A model generated the notes under the pieces. The model saw nothing but the letters and a program-made list of their open reading frames with translations, was not told the DNA's origin and made no database searches. The translations under genes and the position numbers were made by a program. A DNA stretch of 64,000 bases from Rhina ancylostomus (taxonomy: Eukaryota): the NCBI GenBank assembly GCA_030265395.1, contig JARFYF010000002.1:65535043-65599042 (forward strand), read 5' to 3'. Below, one piece after another: positions 60,670-64,000 of the stretch (the stretch's first letter is position 1; the number at the start of each line of letters is the position of its first letter).

Positions 60670-61160
60670 TAGGATCACTCTGATCACTTTGTACTAAAAT
60701 TGACTTTTTTTGTTCTAATTGTGTTCTTTCTTATAAAAATTGTGTATAAGTTATGTTGGCACAGTAGTGTAACAGTTAGCATAAAGCTATTACAGCACCA
60801 GCAACCCGGGTTCAATTCCGGCCGCTGCCTGTAAGGAGTTTCCATGTTCTCCCTGTGTCTGCGTGGGTTTCCTCCGGGTACTCCAGTTTCCTCCCACATT
60901 CGAAAGACATACGGGTTAGGAAGTTGTGGGCATGCTAAGTTGGTGCTGGAAGCATGGCAACACTTGCGGGCTGCCCCCAGAACATTCTACACAAAAGATG
61001 CATTTTACTGTGTGTTACAATGTACATGTGACTAATAAAGATACCTTATCTTAATTTATGTTTTTCTGAATGCTGCTTATATGATGCTATGTGCCTGTGA
61101 TACTGCTGCAAGTAAGATTTTCATTGCACTTGTGCATATATGCTTGTGTATATGACAATA
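60670..61160 (+). mobile_element. Rex1/Babar 3'UTR (subfamily 1) split by a SINE
   Basis: Reverse complement of 5405-5640, ending atgacaataaacttgactttcacttt. Confidence 0.8.
60757..61052 (+). mobile_element. Type A V-SINE inserted in the Rex 3'UTR, with target-site duplication
   Basis: Full SINE flanked by aagttatgtt and aatttatgtt. Confidence 0.88.
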
Positions 61161-61174
61161 AACTTGACTTTCAC

Positions 61175-62190
61175 TTTCAAGTCAGCTGGAAGGAGAAAAT
61201 AAAGACTGCAAAGGGATGTAGATTGTTGAATATGTGGGCTTAAATTTGGCACTAGAGTGTATTGAGGCAAAATGTGATGTTACACACTTATGTAGGAAGA
61301 ATAGACAAACAATATTGCTTAAATGGTGAAACACAACTGAATGGTGTGGTACAGAAGGATCTGGTGTTCTTGCACATAAAACACAAAAATATAGCAGGAA
61401 ATCAGGAAGCTGCATGGAATGCTGGCCTTTATTGTAAAAGGGGGTGGAGTATAATAATAGGGAAATTTTGCTACAATTGTACCTGTTGATATTGAGGCTA
61501 CATGTCCAATACTGTAAACATTTTTGGTCTTTTTCTCTGAACCACCTTCATAACTTGCTTTGGAGGCAGTTCAGAGAAGGTTTCCCAATTGATTCCTATG
61601 AAGAAGATGTGGACTTTCAAGGAATGGTTGAGTCTGGATTCATGGAAGTTTAGAAGAATGAGACATGATCTTACTGAAACTTAAGATGCTGAGAGGCCTT
61701 AACAGGGTAGGTGTTGAGAAGATGTTTCCCCTTCAAGTAGAACTATTGGTATTGGTTTATTATTGTCACATGTACCAAGAGACAGTGAAAAGCTTTTGTT
61801 TTGCATGCCATCCAGGCAGATCATGCCAGACATAATTACCTTGAGATAGTAAAAAGAAAACAGAATACAGAATATAGTGTTGCAGTTACAGAGAAAGTGC
61901 AGTGCAGGTAGACAAATAAAATGCAAGGGCCGAAATGAAGTAATTTCAGAGATCAAGAGGGAACATAGCTTCAGAATCAAGGGCTGCCCATTTAAAATGG
62001 CTATGCCTCTTTGGATGTCTCCAAAGCAGAGAGTTCTGGAAGCTGATTCTTTGATTATACTTAAGACTGAGATAGATTTTTAGTTTACAGGGAAAATCAA
62101 GTGTTATATGCAGGAAAGTGGAGCTAAGACCAAGATGGGATCAACTTTGATATTATTAAATGTGAGAGCCATATGGTGTATTCATATAAT
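61175..62190 (+). mobile_element. Old CR1 3' region interrupted by an antisense Rex tail (61745-61955)
   Basis: EYNNREILLQLYLLILRLHVQYCKHFWS and REHSFRIKGCPFK. The inserted tattggtattggtttattattgtcacatgtacc is a Rex subfamily 2 tail. Confidence 0.7.
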
Positions 62191-62514
62191 TAACTCCTTA
62201 TTAGCCAGTATGTGACTACAATGTGACATTAATTGCAGCAGGACTAGAGCTCATCCTGGGCAGACTGCAGTGCATCCGTTCACTTAAGGTTGACCATAAA
62301 CATTATGATCTTGGATGATGCTGAGCATGGCAGCATATCCATGGTAAATTTGCTGAGTGGTATCTCATGGATACCAGGACTGGTCACTGATGGAATGGTT
62401 ACTGACCACAATATAGCTATTATAATTCATCTAAATGCCTCTGATAAACAATTATGCAACTTTAAGCAACAAAAGAGGAATTAAGTACTTTTGCTTTGTT
62501 TGATGAATCGAAAA

Positions 62515-62980
62515 GCTTCTAATGGTAGGCTGGTCTGGGAGGTTAGGTCCCATGGAATCCAGGGAGAGCTCGTTAGGTGGATTCAAAATTGGCTCAGAGG
62601 TTGGAAGCAGAGGGTGGTGGTTGAAGGTTGTTTCTCAGAATGGAGGCCAGTGATTAGGGGTGTGCCCCAGGGGTCAGTGTTGGGATCCATGTTATTTGTT
62701 ATTTATATAAATGATTTGGATGCAAATGCATAAGGATTGATCAGTAAATTTGCAGATGACACAAAATTAGGTGGTGTTGTTGATTGTGAAGAAGATTATT
62801 GTGGATTACAGGGGGATCTTAATCAGTTAAGGAAGTGGGACAAGGAGTGGCAAGTGGATTTCAATACAGGTAAGTGTGAGGTGATGTGTTTTGGAAAATC
62901 AGACTAGCGTAGGACTTATACTATGAATGGTAGGGCACTATGAATGGAATATATTACAAATGCATAGTTCGTTGAAAGCA
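62515..62980 (+). mobile_element. CR1 LINE RT fragment
   Basis: [77 protein letters not shown]. Confidence 0.92.
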
Positions 62981-63499
62981 NNNNNNNNNNNNNNNNNNNN
63001 NNNNNNNNNNNNNNNNNNNNNNNNNNNNNNNNNNNNNNNNNNNNNNNNNNNNNNNNNNNNNNNNNNNNNNNNNNNNNNNNAGATAGCGTCAGAGGCTGGG
63101 AGGTGATAGGTCGAGGCAACAAAGGGCTGAAGATGGTGGGATCTGATGGGAAAGGAAGGTGATGTGAAAGTGGGGGGGGGGCAGATATCTCTGTTTCTCA
63201 AGGGACGGTCAATGTGGAGGTGTTGAACGTTTCCGATAAGCAAGTGGTGAGAGCCGACACGGGGTGGATGGGAATGTAGAGATGAGATTACCACCATATC
63301 AGCCCTCAACCTTATTGAATGGGAGAGTAGGCAGACTGAAGGGCCGAGTGGCCTACTCCTGTTCTGAATCTCGTGTGATGTGAAGATCCTGTTATACAGC
63401 AAAGGGCTGGGGTAATACACGTCACTGAACACTTCAGCACTAATTGCGGCTGAGATGCCGGATGCTGTAGTGTGAAACTGCTCTCTGTCCAGGATCCAA

Positions 63500-63660
63500 C
63501 AGCTGAGCTCCTCCCCCTCTCCCCACCTTCTTATTCCAGCTTCTGCCCTCTTCCTTTACAGTCCTGATGAAGGGTCTCAGCCCGAAACATCGACTATTTA
63601 TTTCCCTCTGTAGATGCTGCCCGACCTGCTGAGTTCCTCCAGCACTCTGTGTGTGTTGTG
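63500..63660 (+). mobile_element. Penelope pseudo-LTR fragment
   Basis: ccccctctccccaccttcttattcc..gtcctgatgaagggtctcagcccgaaac..ctgtagatgctgcccgacctgctgagttcctccagcac. Confidence 0.8.
63560..63595 (+). ncRNA. Minimal type I hammerhead ribozyme motif (Penelope-type)
   Basis: AGTC (helix I) - CTGATGA (63564-70) - GGG/CCC helix II - GAAAC (63584-88) - ATC - GACT (helix I'). Catalytic boxes are intact. The helix III palindrome reads ACAT instead of ACGT. Confidence 0.65.
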
Positions 63661-63879
63661 CCGAAACAGGGAAGCCTCTGCTGTAATTACTGGGATGACC
63701 ACCAGATGTCAGATGTGGTCCATCTCCCACCAGGACCACACCGTCATTCTCCCGGTGGGAATATCCTGAAGTCCTCAACACCAGTGACGTCCCTGTGAAG
63801 TGTTTAACGAACAGAAGGAAAATCAACCTTCAATTTGTGCACAGCAAGATCCCAGAAACAAAGGCATGGCGACAGGCCA

Positions 63880-64000
63880 GGTCAGGCTAGGTCTTTGTTC
63901 CTTGGAACGTAGGAGAATGAGGGGTGACCTTAAAGAAGTGTTTAAAATTATGAGAGACATAGATAAGGTGGACGGTAACAGTCTTTTCCCCAGGGTAGGG
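63880..64000 (+). mobile_element. CR1 LINE fragment (runs off window end)
   Basis: RLGLCSLERRRMRGDLKEVFKIMRDIDKVDGNSLFPRV. Confidence 0.85.

Noticed and set aside
32500-64000. Exons of expected neighbours DDX1 or NBAS upstream of MYCN
   Set aside because: No DEAD-box or NBAS-like peptides found among the ORFs; the neighbours probably lie outside the window.
1-64000. CRISPR arrays, operons or prokaryotic defence systems
   Set aside because: The sequence is vertebrate genomic DNA with spliceosomal introns; no regularly spaced repeat-spacer array was seen.

Overview
Eukaryotic (vertebrate) genomic DNA with many assembly gaps. The repeat content (V-domain and Deu-domain tRNA-SINEs; CR1, Rex1/Babar, RTE and Penelope retroelements) points to a cartilaginous fish, probably a batoid; this taxon call is an inference. 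The only host protein-coding gene is MYCN (N-myc) on the minus strand. It has a putative non-coding exon 1 (~31609-31790) with an E2F/TATA-like promoter, coding exon 2 (29842 to the gap at 30649-30866, start codon in the gap), and coding exon 3 (26465-27093) with a ~700-nt 3'UTR rich in miRNA seed sites and an AATAAA at 25789-25794. The rest is non-coding flank with decayed and often nested transposons, including a Gypsy pol fossil, a Harbinger Myb/SANT fossil and Penelope pseudo-LTRs, plus some repeat-free, motif-rich blocks that may be enhancers. Most notable observations: (1) Penelope-derived minimal hammerhead-ribozyme motifs, some in head-to-head palindromic elements; (2) a c-Myc/L-Myc-like N-terminus on an otherwise N-Myc protein; (3) a perfect hairpin and an upstream ATG in exon 1 that resemble the human MYCN leader; (4) one SINE body carrying two different LINE-derived tails; (5) an RTE copy with a 5' inversion, and a SINE-bounded 1.85-kb block splitting another RTE. 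Comparisons to human, zebrafish or repeat consensus sequences are from memory, not from alignments. Repeat boundaries are approximate.
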